Sequence record: EU863409
Reading direction: 5' to 3' (one strand)
DNA length: 64,000 nucleotides
From: Escherichia phage JS10
Position numbers and translations under genes: made by a program. Positions 10,568 to 19,501 of this stretch are shown here, piece by piece. Within the stretch, counting starts at the first letter, position 1. The number at the start of each line of letters is the position of its first letter. The notes beneath the pieces were generated by a model. The model was not told the DNA's origin. It searched no databases and worked only from the letters and a program-made list of their open reading frames with translations.

Positions 10568-11850
10568 TGTCTAAGATTATAGACCTAATTAAAGAATCCA
10601 CATTGACGGCTGCCAACTCGGTTGGCCGTCCTGCTCTTCTTTCATACACCCAAGCAACTAATAAACGAATCTTTAAAGCCCTAGTTGCTGAACAAAAAAC
10701 AAGCCAACCTGTTGCCGCTCTGTACGGGGTTCGTGTACTTAATCCTGACGACAAAATGACTTATCTTGGTGGCGCTACATTTGCAGGCCAGATTGGTATG
10801 TCGGAACGTGAAAATATTCCTGAATTTACCGATTCGTCTACAGCTTATGCAGCCGGCGATATGTTCCAGTTTGAAAGTGTAGTGTTTAAAGTTCTAGAAG
10901 CATCTCCTTTCGCCGGAACCACAGAAACCGACCTCGGTGAAGTTATTTCTGAAGCAGTGGCCGCTGGGCATATTCGTATGGTATCAGATGCTGCTATTAC
11001 TTCTAAATTTGAACAAGGCCACCCTGAAATTGCTGAAGCAGGCTTCCGTATTGACAAATGGCAATCTGAAGTTAAATCACGTAAACTGAAAACTTCATTG
11101 ACAGTCGAATTGGCCCAAGACCTAGAATCAAACGGGTTTAATGCTCCTAATTTCGTTGAAAATCTGCTAGGCATTCAAATGGCAGAAGAAATTAATAAGG
11201 ACGTATTACAGTCATTAATTACGGTGAGTTCTCGTTTTAAAGTCCAAGGTGTTTCTGAAAAGGGCGTATTAGACCTTACCAACCCACGTTACGATAATGC
11301 CCAGGACCGTGCTCGTACATTATATTATTACATGTGTGAGATGAACTCTGCCGTCCAACGTCAAACTTCTTTCGCCGGGACTTATGCAGTAGCTAGTTCT
11401 CGTTGTGCTGCTATTCTCGCCGCTTCCGGTTGGGTTGAGAAAAAGGAAGACCAAGACGAATTGGCTTATGGTGTATTAAAGAATGGTCTGCCTCTTTATG
11501 CCGATATGAATAGTCCATGTGATTATGTTATTGTTGGTGTAAATGCTCAGATGGGTGAAGGACAGACGGTCGCATCTTTATATTATGCGCCTTATACGGA
11601 AGGTTTGGATGTGGTTGATGAAGAAGGTGATACTTCAGTAGGTGAATTTAAGGTTATTGTTGACCCAGAAAGCTTACAACCTACAGTAGCATTGCTTGCT
11701 CGTTATGCATTGACTGCAAACCCTTATACCGTCGCTAAGGACGATAAAGAAGCCCGCATTATTGATGGCTCTGATATGGACAAAATGGCTAACCAAAGCC
11801 AGTTGAGTTCTTATCTTGGTGTAAAACTTCCTCCATTGGATAAAAACTAA
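10567..11850 (+). CDS. 24: capsid vertex protein gp24 paralogue (copy 2)
   Basis: 427 aa, collinear with copy 1 (TVELAQDLESNGF, DVLQSLITVS, YTVAKDDKEARIID); start overlaps copy 1 stop (TAATG). Confidence 0.85.
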   Translation: MSKIIDLIKESTLTAANSVGRPALLSYTQATNKRIFKALVAEQKTSQPVAALYGVRVLNPDDKMTYLGGATFAGQIGMSERENIPEFTDSSTAYAAGDMFQFESVVFKVLEASPFAGTTETDLGEVISEAVAAGHIRMVSDAAITSKFEQGHPEIAEAGFRIDKWQSEVKSRKLKTSLTVELAQDLESNGFNAPNFVENLLGIQMAEEINKDVLQSLITVSSRFKVQGVSEKGVLDLTNPRYDNAQDRARTLYYYMCEMNSAVQRQTSFAGTYAVASSRCAAILAASGWVEKKEDQDELAYGVLKNGLPLYADMNSPCDYVIVGVNAQMGEGQTVASLYYAPYTEGLDVVDEEGDTSVGEFKVIVDPESLQPTVALLARYALTANPYTVAKDDKEARIIDGSDMDKMANQSQLSSYLGVKLPPLDKN

Positions 11851-11872
11851 AAAGGGACCTCACGGTCCCTTT
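11851..11872. terminator. bidirectional hairpin AAAGGGACC-TCAC-GGTCCCTTT between convergent gene 24 copy 2 and rnlB
   Basis: perfect 9-bp stem, flanked by A/T runs on both strands. Confidence 0.6.
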
Positions 11873-11877
11873 ACTGT

Positions 11878-12906
11878 TTATTTGGATACTAGTTCAATCC
11901 ATACAGCTCGTAGCGTATCTTTAACGCACTCAACGAGCTGCTTTTTAACTTCAACAGGGTTTTCTGCATCGGTTAATTCTAATTCTTCACGGGCTGCCTC
12001 TTCCAAAATATCTTGGACCGTCAAGCCCATTACCTTTCCAAAATCTTTAGGTGTTACTTCACCAATCTTACTGATAACGTTATTGATACGGTTAACTGTC
12101 ACATAATCTGTGAATTGCCACATCAAGTCCATATCGTCTTGGGACAATACTACTGCAGCCTTAATAGGCTTATCAGATTTTTTCTTCTCGCTGAATTTAG
12201 AGTTCTTACATTTAATCGCTACACGATTTCCATTAGGAAGCCAGATTGGAACATCAGGTTTCAGTACAAAGCCTTCAGCCGTAAATACTTTACCTTCGAC
12301 CTTAGGAATAAAATCGGTTGAGTTAGCAATGGTTAAACCTGCATTATCCACTGCAAAATTGTAATCTGGGATAACAGAATCAAAATCATTCGGCAGTTTA
12401 ATAAGGTCTTCAAAGCTACCTGTGGCTAAGCACGGAGCAACCTTAAACTTATGGATAATACAGAAAGCTTCCATAAGGGTATCAGTTAAAACGGATTCGG
12501 TGCCATCTTCTTTAGTAACACGGATATCAAATACATAAAAGTCTTTATCGCCGTAATCCACATTCTTCTGGATACCCGTACCAGCGAACTCGCCATAAAT
12601 TTGGTACGACTGATAATTAATAGATTCGATTAGATGTTGAACAGATTTAATAGAATCAGCATAGTTCTTAAGTACAATTTCATAGCCATAGAAATCTTCG
12701 GCCGGGAGAATTGGGCCAGTGCGCTTGGCGCACGTGACTGCGTCACGTTCTATGATTAAACTAAAGTTGGTTCCATGAATCTTCTCACGTGCTACCCATT
12801 CACCACCAGTCAAACCATGGGTACGGAGTTTTTCGATAAACTTACTGTTGTAATGGTTTTCCAGACTGCTATATTTCTTGAACATATTATTTGCTTCCAT
12901 AATCAA
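11878..12906 (-). CDS. rnlB: RNA ligase 2 (RnlB)
   Basis: 342 aa; nucleotidyltransferase motif I EKIHGTN; position between 24 and hoc as in T4. Confidence 0.85.
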   Translation of the reverse strand: MIMEANNMFKKYSSLENHYNSKFIEKLRTHGLTGGEWVAREKIHGTNFSLIIERDAVTCAKRTGPILPAEDFYGYEIVLKNYADSIKSVQHLIESINYQSYQIYGEFAGTGIQKNVDYGDKDFYVFDIRVTKEDGTESVLTDTLMEAFCIIHKFKVAPCLATGSFEDLIKLPNDFDSVIPDYNFAVDNAGLTIANSTDFIPKVEGKVFTAEGFVLKPDVPIWLPNGNRVAIKCKNSKFSEKKKSDKPIKAAVVLSQDDMDLMWQFTDYVTVNRINNVISKIGEVTPKDFGKVMGLTVQDILEEAAREELELTDAENPVEVKKQLVECVKDTLRAVWIELVSK

Positions 12907-13255
12907 TTTTAACTAATTTACCTTTAAGGTAACCATAATTTGAAGGTTTACAATCAGACATATACATGCTTTCTACCAGAGTGTGGTGCCTAGCATGGTG
13001 TATTTCTGTTTTCCACAACCCTATATTAGTAACTTCTTTGGCCCTTGGCATAACTATAACAAGTCCTAACCAAGATTTCCATATAACAGGACACAAATAC
13101 GGGTCCTTCAATGATGAGAATTCATGTTCTGTTATATTGCAATAGAGTCCAGTTAAAAACAGTTTCCAACTATAGAAGCTTGGTATCTTAATGGCGTATC
13201 GTTTCGTCAGGAAGACCTGCCGGGTTGCACCATTTCTTTTTCTGATAAATGGCAT
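12887..13255 (-). CDS. hypothetical protein with protein-kinase-like motif spacing
   Basis: 122 aa; AIK ... HH ... DCKPSNYG ... KIDYG resemble kinase VAIK / catalytic-loop / DFG motifs; overlaps rnlB start by 20 bp. Confidence 0.4.
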   Translation of the reverse strand: MPFIRKRNGATRQVFLTKRYAIKIPSFYSWKLFLTGLYCNITEHEFSSLKDPYLCPVIWKSWLGLVIVMPRAKEVTNIGLWKTEIHHARHHTLVESMYMSDCKPSNYGYLKGKLVKIDYGSK

Positions 13256-13370
13256 AAAACCACCATAATAAATATAATTAAATAGAAGAGCTAGTAATCT
13301 TCTGTCACCAAGCCAAATGGTTTAACGGAAGGACCTAGACCCATTATAACACACCTAAATTTAAAGCATA

Positions 13371-13580
13371 TTACTTTGAACTAGAACGCGCTTTGCGCCG
13401 AACCTTGTTGTTCAATCTTTTACGATAAACAACCTTTTCTTTTGATTTAAATTTCTCTTTGGCTTGTTCTACATCGACCCAAGCTTTAGCCATGTCCTTA
13501 GCAGTACCACCTAATTTTTTAGCAATTTCTATAAAATTTAGTCCAGATTCGTGTAAAAAATGTACTTTAACCTTATCCAT
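13371..13580 (-). CDS. hypothetical small basic protein, possible helix-turn-helix
   Basis: ORF 13371..13619, probable start at MDKVKV (13580); GLNFIEIAKKLGGTAKDMAKAW segment; basic C-terminus. Confidence 0.4.
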   Translation of the reverse strand: MDKVKVHFLHESGLNFIEIAKKLGGTAKDMAKAWVDVEQAKEKFKSKEKVVYRKRLNNKVRRKARSSSK

Positions 13581-13609
13581 AACAATTCTCTTGTTGAGTT
13601 GGTAAAGCC

Positions 13610-13639
13610 ATCTTAACATAGGATTTTTAACTTGTAAAC
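13610..13639 (-). promoter_or_regulatory. candidate sigma70-type early promoter (GTTTACA-N17-TAAGAT) for the small HTH-like ORF
   Basis: -35 GTTTACA and a weak -10 read on the minus strand. Confidence 0.3.
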
Positions 13640-13650
13640 AGGAGTATTAA

Positions 13651-14658
13651 ATGGCAGATTCTATTTTTGGTCATGACGGTCGAGGGACCTTTTCCGGTAT
13701 TGCTTTAAAGGAATCGGATACTGTTATCCCTTTTGAAAAAATTCTTACTAAAGAAAGTCTTATAAACCCGGCAAGATTGGTAGGGAGTAATTCGTATGGC
13801 TTAGGCTTGGTTAGTAAATCCGGAAGAGCTGAAGTTCTGGCCCATTTGGGGATAACCGAAGAAATGTTATCCCCTGGTATCCCTGGCCCTAAAGGTGAAA
13901 GCATTGTAGGACCGAGAGGCCCGGCTGGTCCTGTAGGCCCTGTGGGTCTAAATTGGAAAGGAACATGGAGTGCTGCAACAGCCTATGTTAAGGATGATGC
14001 AGTAGGGTACAATGGGGCTTCTTATTTTTGCGTTCAGGATTCTACCGGTAATAATCCTGCTGAAGAAAACAGCCTTTACTGGGCCTTATTGGCTTCTCAG
14101 GGTGCACAAGGCGAACAGGGTATCCCGGGTAAAGATGGTGAGCAGGGTCCGCAAGGTGTTCAAGGTCCTCCTGGGGTGGATGGGATTGATGGACTTGACG
14201 GAGCTACTGGCCCTCTAGGTCCTCAGGGTCCTCAAGGCGAACCTGGTAAAGATGGCACAGATTTGTTTTCATTCCATAAGTATACCAACGTTGCTGCTGG
14301 GTACGGTGAAATAAAAATACCTGGGGTCGCCAATACGGTTCTTAGAGTTAGATTGGTTAACAACCAAATAGAATACAGCATTTTAAGTAAAGGTGGGACT
14401 ACCCGATATTGTGATTATCACTTTGTTGCTCCTAGTGTTTCGGGTGGAACGGTTACTACCGGTGGCGGAACTAAGACTTTGTCTCCTACAGGCTCATTTG
14501 TTATAGTAAGTGCGGCATATAACGGGCTACGTCCTATTAATATAACCTTAAAGGAATGGGGTTCTAAAACAATTTCAGAAATAACAGTATTTCAACACGG
14601 GCGCAGTGTAGATTCTAATAAACCTATATTGGTTAAAATGGTTAGTTTCCCTTATTAA
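13651..14658 (+). CDS. collagen-like (Gly-X-Y repeat) protein with non-collagen N- and C-terminal domains
   Basis: 335 aa; GIPGPKGESIVGPRGPAGPVGPVG and an uninterrupted run of about 18 G-X-Y triplets (GAQGEQGIPGKDGEQGPQGVQGPPGVDGIDGLDGATGPLGPQGPQGEPGKDG); AGGAG RBS. Confidence 0.8.
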   Translation: MADSIFGHDGRGTFSGIALKESDTVIPFEKILTKESLINPARLVGSNSYGLGLVSKSGRAEVLAHLGITEEMLSPGIPGPKGESIVGPRGPAGPVGPVGLNWKGTWSAATAYVKDDAVGYNGASYFCVQDSTGNNPAEENSLYWALLASQGAQGEQGIPGKDGEQGPQGVQGPPGVDGIDGLDGATGPLGPQGPQGEPGKDGTDLFSFHKYTNVAAGYGEIKIPGVANTVLRVRLVNNQIEYSILSKGGTTRYCDYHFVAPSVSGGTVTTGGGTKTLSPTGSFVIVSAAYNGLRPINITLKEWGSKTISEITVFQHGRSVDSNKPILVKMVSFPY

Positions 14659-14669
14659 TTGGAGGTAGC

Positions 14670-15530
14670 ATGTCTATACAAGTAAATGGACCTCATTATG
14701 AATTGGTTGGGAGAACGGTAACTCTTAGGGCTGTTTTATCTGAATCTTTAACTGACGCTGATATAAAATGGTACAAAAACGGTGTAAACGTTCCATTATT
14801 AGATAAAGAAGACCCGATGTATCTAAATCTTTGGGATGTAGGGTTTCCGGCTTCTGGGACCTATTATGCAATAGCAACCGATAAACTTACACAAGAGGTT
14901 TTTCAAAGCGACGATTTTGTTTTAGAAATAGGAATGGAGCCTAGAGATATAGTTATTTCCGTAGAAAATTTAGATGCTATCGTAAAGGCGGCCATAGGTC
15001 AAAAAGTTTCTTTACAACCTTTAATTTCTATGGGTGCCACGCCCTGGGCTGAAGTCGAGTGTGAATGGTGGAAATACGATAAAATGGTTTCAAATGTAAA
15101 GGATTTGGACGTTGATATAAATCCTTCTATGTACGGGACATATTCACTTAATGTTTCTGCTACCGCTGAAGGAGCCTATAATCCGTATCATGATATAGTT
15201 ACGGTAGATATCATGCCTTTAGATGGTATTTTACCAGAACCTGAAGTGTGTCCTTTTATATACTCGAATGATTTAAATCAATATTTGTCTTATCCTGGTG
15301 GAAGAAATAGGGCTCATATGTGGATAGGTTGGTGGGTATTGGATGAGATAAAAGGAGCCCTTGCTAAAGACCAGGATTGGGCTATCAATATAGAAGATAG
15401 CAATTTTAGGTATAAGTGTGAGCTCATGAAAGTGGCAGAACTTTTGTCACGATATCCTGATGTAGAAATACAGGAATCAAGAAATGGATACATTTTGAAT
15501 AGGAAGCACCTGACATTAAATGTCATATAA
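14670..15530 (+). CDS. Hoc-like paralogue: two Ig-like domains plus Hoc-type C-terminal capsid-binding domain
   Basis: 286 aa; GGAGG RBS 12 bp after the collagen-like gene; C-terminus (WIGWWVLDEI...YPDVEIQESRNGYIL) parallels the C-terminus of the 469-aa Hoc. Confidence 0.7.
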   Translation: MSIQVNGPHYELVGRTVTLRAVLSESLTDADIKWYKNGVNVPLLDKEDPMYLNLWDVGFPASGTYYAIATDKLTQEVFQSDDFVLEIGMEPRDIVISVENLDAIVKAAIGQKVSLQPLISMGATPWAEVECEWWKYDKMVSNVKDLDVDINPSMYGTYSLNVSATAEGAYNPYHDIVTVDIMPLDGILPEPEVCPFIYSNDLNQYLSYPGGRNRAHMWIGWWVLDEIKGALAKDQDWAINIEDSNFRYKCELMKVAELLSRYPDVEIQESRNGYILNRKHLTLNVI

Positions 15531-15531
15531 C

Positions 15532-15561
15532 AAAACGGGAGAGCGAAAGCTCTCCCGTTTT
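15532..15561. terminator. bidirectional hairpin AAAACGGGAGAGC-GAAA-GCTCTCCCGTTTT between the convergent hoc-like and hoc genes
   Basis: perfect 13-bp stem with GAAA loop and U-tracts on both strands. Confidence 0.75.
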
Positions 15562-15574
15562 TATTTAGCCAAAA

Positions 15575-16984
15575 TTAGTAAAAATAAATTATACCTGTGT
15601 CAAGAGCCGAACGATGGATAATTCTTCCATTTCGTGATTCTTGTACATCAACCTCTGGATAATCCGCAACCATTTTTTGAAGAGTGTAGCGATGGAGATA
15701 ATAATTGCTATCTGGGTCATCAGTTTTCCAATCTTTACCTTCAAGTGTCATTTTCTGGATTTCATCCATAACCCACCAACCGGCCCAAATATACGCTGAA
15801 TTACGAACCGGCAGCGGATGGACGTAAGGTAGTTCGCCTTCCGGTTCAGGAGCAACTTTAGGCGTAATTGTTACATTACCAGATTTTTTGACAGTCACAG
15901 GATTATAGTCGGTAGCCGAAACCACAACAGAAACTTCAATAACCTGTGAACCTTCAGCACTTGTATCGACTACTAAAGTATCTGTGGTGCCGGCAACAGG
16001 TGAACCATCTTTCTTCCAAGAATATGCAAAAGTAGCACCAGCAGGCGCACCTGCTACGGTAGCTTTAAAAGAAGCTGGAGTTCCTTCCGGAGTATTAATA
16101 GAGGCCGGCGCTAAAGTAACAGAAACACCTGTCATGGTCTTTTTAGTAATTGTTACACTTCCGGTTTTGGTAACGGTTAAATCGTTATAATCCGTACCTT
16201 TTAGGACTACCGAAACTTCAATAGTGTAAGAACCTACTGTAGATGTATCAACAGCAAGGGTATTACTGCTTTCGCCCGGAATAATAGAACCATTTTTCTT
16301 CCAAGAATAAGTTGCATTTACGCCGGAAGGAGCGCCAACTACATCCGCTTTAAACTGTGCAGATGAGCCTTTCTCTGTACTAATTGAGGCTGGTGTTAAA
16401 GTAACGGAAGCACCTGATATAGTTTTCTTAACAAAAGTTACCGCAATACCTTTAGTAGCTGTAGCCGGGTCATATTCAGGGGCGGTAACAGTAACTTCAC
16501 AGTTCAACGTGTAATTTGCTTCTGCTGCTTCAGTTACAGTAATAGTTTTACCAGTTTGACCTGAAATTACAGTTGTATTACGTTTCCAAACATAAGCCAT
16601 TGTAGCGCCAGCAGGGACACCCGATACGTTAGCAGTAACAACTTGGGATTGACCGATTTCTTTAGAAACGGAAGTAGGGTCTAAGGTCAAAGAAAGAGCC
16701 CCAATGGTCTTATTAGCTACAGTAACTTCAAAAGTTTTTTCAGCTACCTCAGGTTCGCCTTCGGTCGGAGTAGAAGTTGCTACTACTTTTAAAACTTTCT
16801 TACCAGCTGGAGCCGCACCGGTATATCTCAAAACATTGGTGGCCTCTGGATTAGAAGCACCGTCAATGGTCCATACATATGTAACGGTTCCTTCTACAGC
16901 TGCACCTGTTGCGGTAGCAGTGTAGTTGGCGCTTTCGCCTATTTTAATAGACGCAGCGCCGGCTATACTTACAGTAAAAGCCAT
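15575..16984 (-). CDS. hoc: Hoc outer capsid decoration protein, four tandem Ig-like domains plus C-terminal capsid-binding domain
   Basis: 469 aa; four repeats of roughly 90 aa with the pattern TYxWKKNG...Y; C-terminal WAGWWVMDEI...YPEVDVQESRNGRII. Confidence 0.85.
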   Translation of the reverse strand: MAFTVSIAGAASIKIGESANYTATATGAAVEGTVTYVWTIDGASNPEATNVLRYTGAAPAGKKVLKVVATSTPTEGEPEVAEKTFEVTVANKTIGALSLTLDPTSVSKEIGQSQVVTANVSGVPAGATMAYVWKRNTTVISGQTGKTITVTEAAEANYTLNCEVTVTAPEYDPATATKGIAVTFVKKTISGASVTLTPASISTEKGSSAQFKADVVGAPSGVNATYSWKKNGSIIPGESSNTLAVDTSTVGSYTIEVSVVLKGTDYNDLTVTKTGSVTITKKTMTGVSVTLAPASINTPEGTPASFKATVAGAPAGATFAYSWKKDGSPVAGTTDTLVVDTSAEGSQVIEVSVVVSATDYNPVTVKKSGNVTITPKVAPEPEGELPYVHPLPVRNSAYIWAGWWVMDEIQKMTLEGKDWKTDDPDSNYYLHRYTLQKMVADYPEVDVQESRNGRIIHRSALDTGIIYFY

Positions 16985-16993
16985 ATTTTACCC

Positions 16994-17665
16994 TTATTTT
17001 AAAGTTACGAAAGATGAATTACGCGTTTCACGTACTAATACTGAACCATTACGATTAATGTAATAAATCAGACTGAATAGTGTTTGGTGGGCAGATGGGT
17101 GTTGGAAATCTTTAGGGCGTTCTTTCCAATCAGGGGTTTCGGTAATCCATTGATAAATCCACCAAGGCACGGTACAATACCCTGGGTTTTTACCAATGAG
17201 TAAAAGATTAGGGCTAAAGTTTTCAGGCAAAGAGAATACAGGTTTTTCCGATTCAATAACCTTGGTTACGGCCTCTTTGAATTTCTCTTCGACAAACGGA
17301 ACATCTTCTTCAATAATCTCTACCTTAGGAAGTTCGGCTACCTCAATAACTTCAACTACTGCTTCAGGGGCATCAAATAATAGGGTAGCTTCTTCTTTGG
17401 CAGGTTCCGCACCATCAACAAATTCGTTAGCGCCTGTGAGTTCGTCGGCGGCATCAATCAAATCAGAAATAGACAAACCTTCGGTTTCTGGAAGTGGTTC
17501 ATCAGCCAAGGCTTTAAGGCCTTCAGAGATATCGATAATCAAATTATCAAACGAACGGGTTTTCTTAAGTTTTAAACCGAATTGTTCGCCGTATTCGATT
17601 AACTTAGCTTTAGCTTCTTTTTTATCTTCGAGTGCACGAAGCTCTTCAATATATTGAGTATCCAT
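16994..17665 (-). CDS. inh: probable Inh (inhibitor of prohead protease)
   Basis: 223 aa (T4 Inh about 226 aa), between hoc and uvsW as in T4; late promoter upstream on the minus strand. Confidence 0.5.
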   Translation of the reverse strand: MDTQYIEELRALEDKKEAKAKLIEYGEQFGLKLKKTRSFDNLIIDISEGLKALADEPLPETEGLSISDLIDAADELTGANEFVDGAEPAKEEATLLFDAPEAVVEVIEVAELPKVEIIEEDVPFVEEKFKEAVTKVIESEKPVFSLPENFSPNLLLIGKNPGYCTVPWWIYQWITETPDWKERPKDFQHPSAHQTLFSLIYYINRNGSVLVRETRNSSFVTLK

Positions 17666-17684
17666 AATTAGTCTCTTGTTGGTG

Positions 17685-17706
17685 TATAAATATAATTATA
17701 TTTATA
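17685..17706. promoter_or_regulatory. divergent late promoters: TATAAATA (plus, 17685..17692) for uvsW and TATAAATA (minus, 17699..17706) for inh-hoc
   Basis: two exact late boxes in opposite orientation within 22 bp. Confidence 0.55.
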
Positions 17707-17720
17707 ACTGAGAATTAGAC

Positions 17721-19217
17721 ATGCAAATTCAAGTACATTTTGATAATTTTAGTCATGTTCGTGTCGAGTGTGATGAATCCACCTTCTACGAACTCAGAGA
17801 CTATTTCAGCTTTGAAGCTGATGGATATAAATTTAACCCTAAATACCGTTACGGGCAATGGGATGGGAGAATTCGTCTTCTAGATTATAACCGTAAACTT
17901 CCATATGGTCTAGTCCCACAAATTAAAAAATTCGCTGACCAGTTTGAATACTCTCTGTGGATTGACCCACGTATTCTTGAACAGGAAGATATTTCTCGCG
18001 AAGATTTTGACTCATGGGTAGCTTCACAAGAGATTTATTCAGGTTCTACCAAGATTGAGCCGCATTGGTATCAGAATGAAGCCGTATACAACGGTCTGAC
18101 GAAACGTCGTGCAATTCTGAATTTACCTACATCTGCAGGTAAATCATTGATTCAGGCGCTCCTGAGTAGATATTATGTTGAGAACTATGAAGGTAAAATT
18201 CTTATCTTAGTTCCTACTACTGCACTTGTTGACCAGATGATTAATGACTTCATTGATTATCGTTTGTTCCCTAAAGCTGCTATGCTTGGTATTCGTTCAG
18301 GTACTGCTCGTGATTCCGATGCAATGATTTATGTTTCAACTTATCAAACGGCTATTAAACAACCTAAAGAATGGTTTGCTCAGTTTGGTATGTTTATGAA
18401 CGACGAATGCCATTTGGCGACAGGTAAATCAATTTCTACCATCATCGAAGGCCTAACCAATTGTATGTTTAAATTCGGTTTGTCTGGTTCTTTAAAAGAC
18501 GGTAAAGCCAATTTAATGCAATATATGGGTTTGTTTGGTGATGTGTTTAAGCCAGTATCCACTTCGCAGTTAATGGAAGAAGGACAGGTTACAGACCTTA
18601 AAATCAACAGTATTTTCCTTCGTTATCCGGATGAATTCACTGTTAAGATGAAAGGTAAAGATTACCAATCAGAAATAAAGGTCATTACTAAGGCTACTCG
18701 TCGTAATAAATGGGTTGCTAATTTAGCTGTTAAACTCGCTAAGAAAGAAGAGAACGTATTCCTGATGTTTAAAAACATCGAACACGGTAAAACTCTTTTT
18801 GAAATGGTTAAAGAGCAACATAAAGAAGTTTATTACGTATCAGGTGAAGTTAATACCGAAACGCGTAATGCTCTGAAAGTAATGGCGGAAAATGGTAAGG
18901 GTATTATTGTTGTGGCAAGTTATGGTGTGTTCTCTACTGGTATTTCCGTTAAGAACCTTCATCATGTTGTATTTGCTCATCCGGTAAAATCCAAAATCAT
19001 TGTACTCCAGACAATCGGTCGTGTACTCCGTAAACATGCTTCTAAATCAACAGCACAAGTTTGGGACATTATAGACGACATGGGCGTTAAGCCTAAATCA
19101 GCAAATGCTAAAAAGAAATATGTTCATTTGAATTATGCATTAAAACATGCCTTAGAACGTATTCAACGTTATGCTGACGAGAAATTTAATTACGTAATGA
19201 AACAGGTGGATTTATGA
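17721..19217 (+). CDS. uvsW: UvsW DNA/RNA helicase
   Basis: 498 aa; helicase motifs (NLPTSAGKS, DECH); position as in T4. Confidence 0.9.
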   Translation: MQIQVHFDNFSHVRVECDESTFYELRDYFSFEADGYKFNPKYRYGQWDGRIRLLDYNRKLPYGLVPQIKKFADQFEYSLWIDPRILEQEDISREDFDSWVASQEIYSGSTKIEPHWYQNEAVYNGLTKRRAILNLPTSAGKSLIQALLSRYYVENYEGKILILVPTTALVDQMINDFIDYRLFPKAAMLGIRSGTARDSDAMIYVSTYQTAIKQPKEWFAQFGMFMNDECHLATGKSISTIIEGLTNCMFKFGLSGSLKDGKANLMQYMGLFGDVFKPVSTSQLMEEGQVTDLKINSIFLRYPDEFTVKMKGKDYQSEIKVITKATRRNKWVANLAVKLAKKEENVFLMFKNIEHGKTLFEMVKEQHKEVYYVSGEVNTETRNALKVMAENGKGIIVVASYGVFSTGISVKNLHHVVFAHPVKSKIIVLQTIGRVLRKHASKSTAQVWDIIDDMGVKPKSANAKKKYVHLNYALKHALERIQRYADEKFNYVMKQVDL

Positions 19218-19441
19218 AGTCCTTTAAAGAAGTTATCTATGAAGCCTCTATCGAGAGCTTCATGTCTAAAATTAGTTCTTGTCAGACCATGGAAGGTCTG
19301 GAGGAATTAGAGAAGTATTACAAAACTCGTAGTAAGGAAGCCGAACTTCGTGATTCGGATGATATCAGCGTACGCGATGCATTGGCTGGTAAGAGAGCCG
19401 AATTGGAGTCGATGGACGACGAGGAAGAGGAAGATTTCTAA
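19214..19441 (+). CDS. uvsW.1: UvsW.1 (small acidic C-terminal partner of UvsW)
   Basis: 75 aa; ATGA overlap with the uvsW stop; ends DDEEEEDF. Confidence 0.65.
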   Translation: MKSFKEVIYEASIESFMSKISSCQTMEGLEELEKYYKTRSKEAELRDSDDISVRDALAGKRAELESMDDEEEEDF

Positions 19442-19450
19442 ACAAAAAAG

Positions 19451-19470
19451 GCCCAACCTTTCGGAAGGGC
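19451..19470. terminator. imperfect hairpin after uvsW.1
   Basis: GCCCAACC-TTTC-GGAAGGGC with an internal A.A mismatch pair. Confidence 0.3.
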
Positions 19471-19501
19471 CAATAACCATAAAATGGCTATACACACTAG
19501 A

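Noticed and set aside
15984-16925. Plus-strand ORFs (68 and 73 aa) inside hoc
   Set aside because: Antisense to the Ig-domain repeats; Ala/Val/Thr-rich mirror translations with no start context.
17196-17657. 153-aa Ser-rich plus-strand ORF antisense to inh
   Set aside because: Low-complexity mirror frame of the acidic Inh sequence; no RBS.
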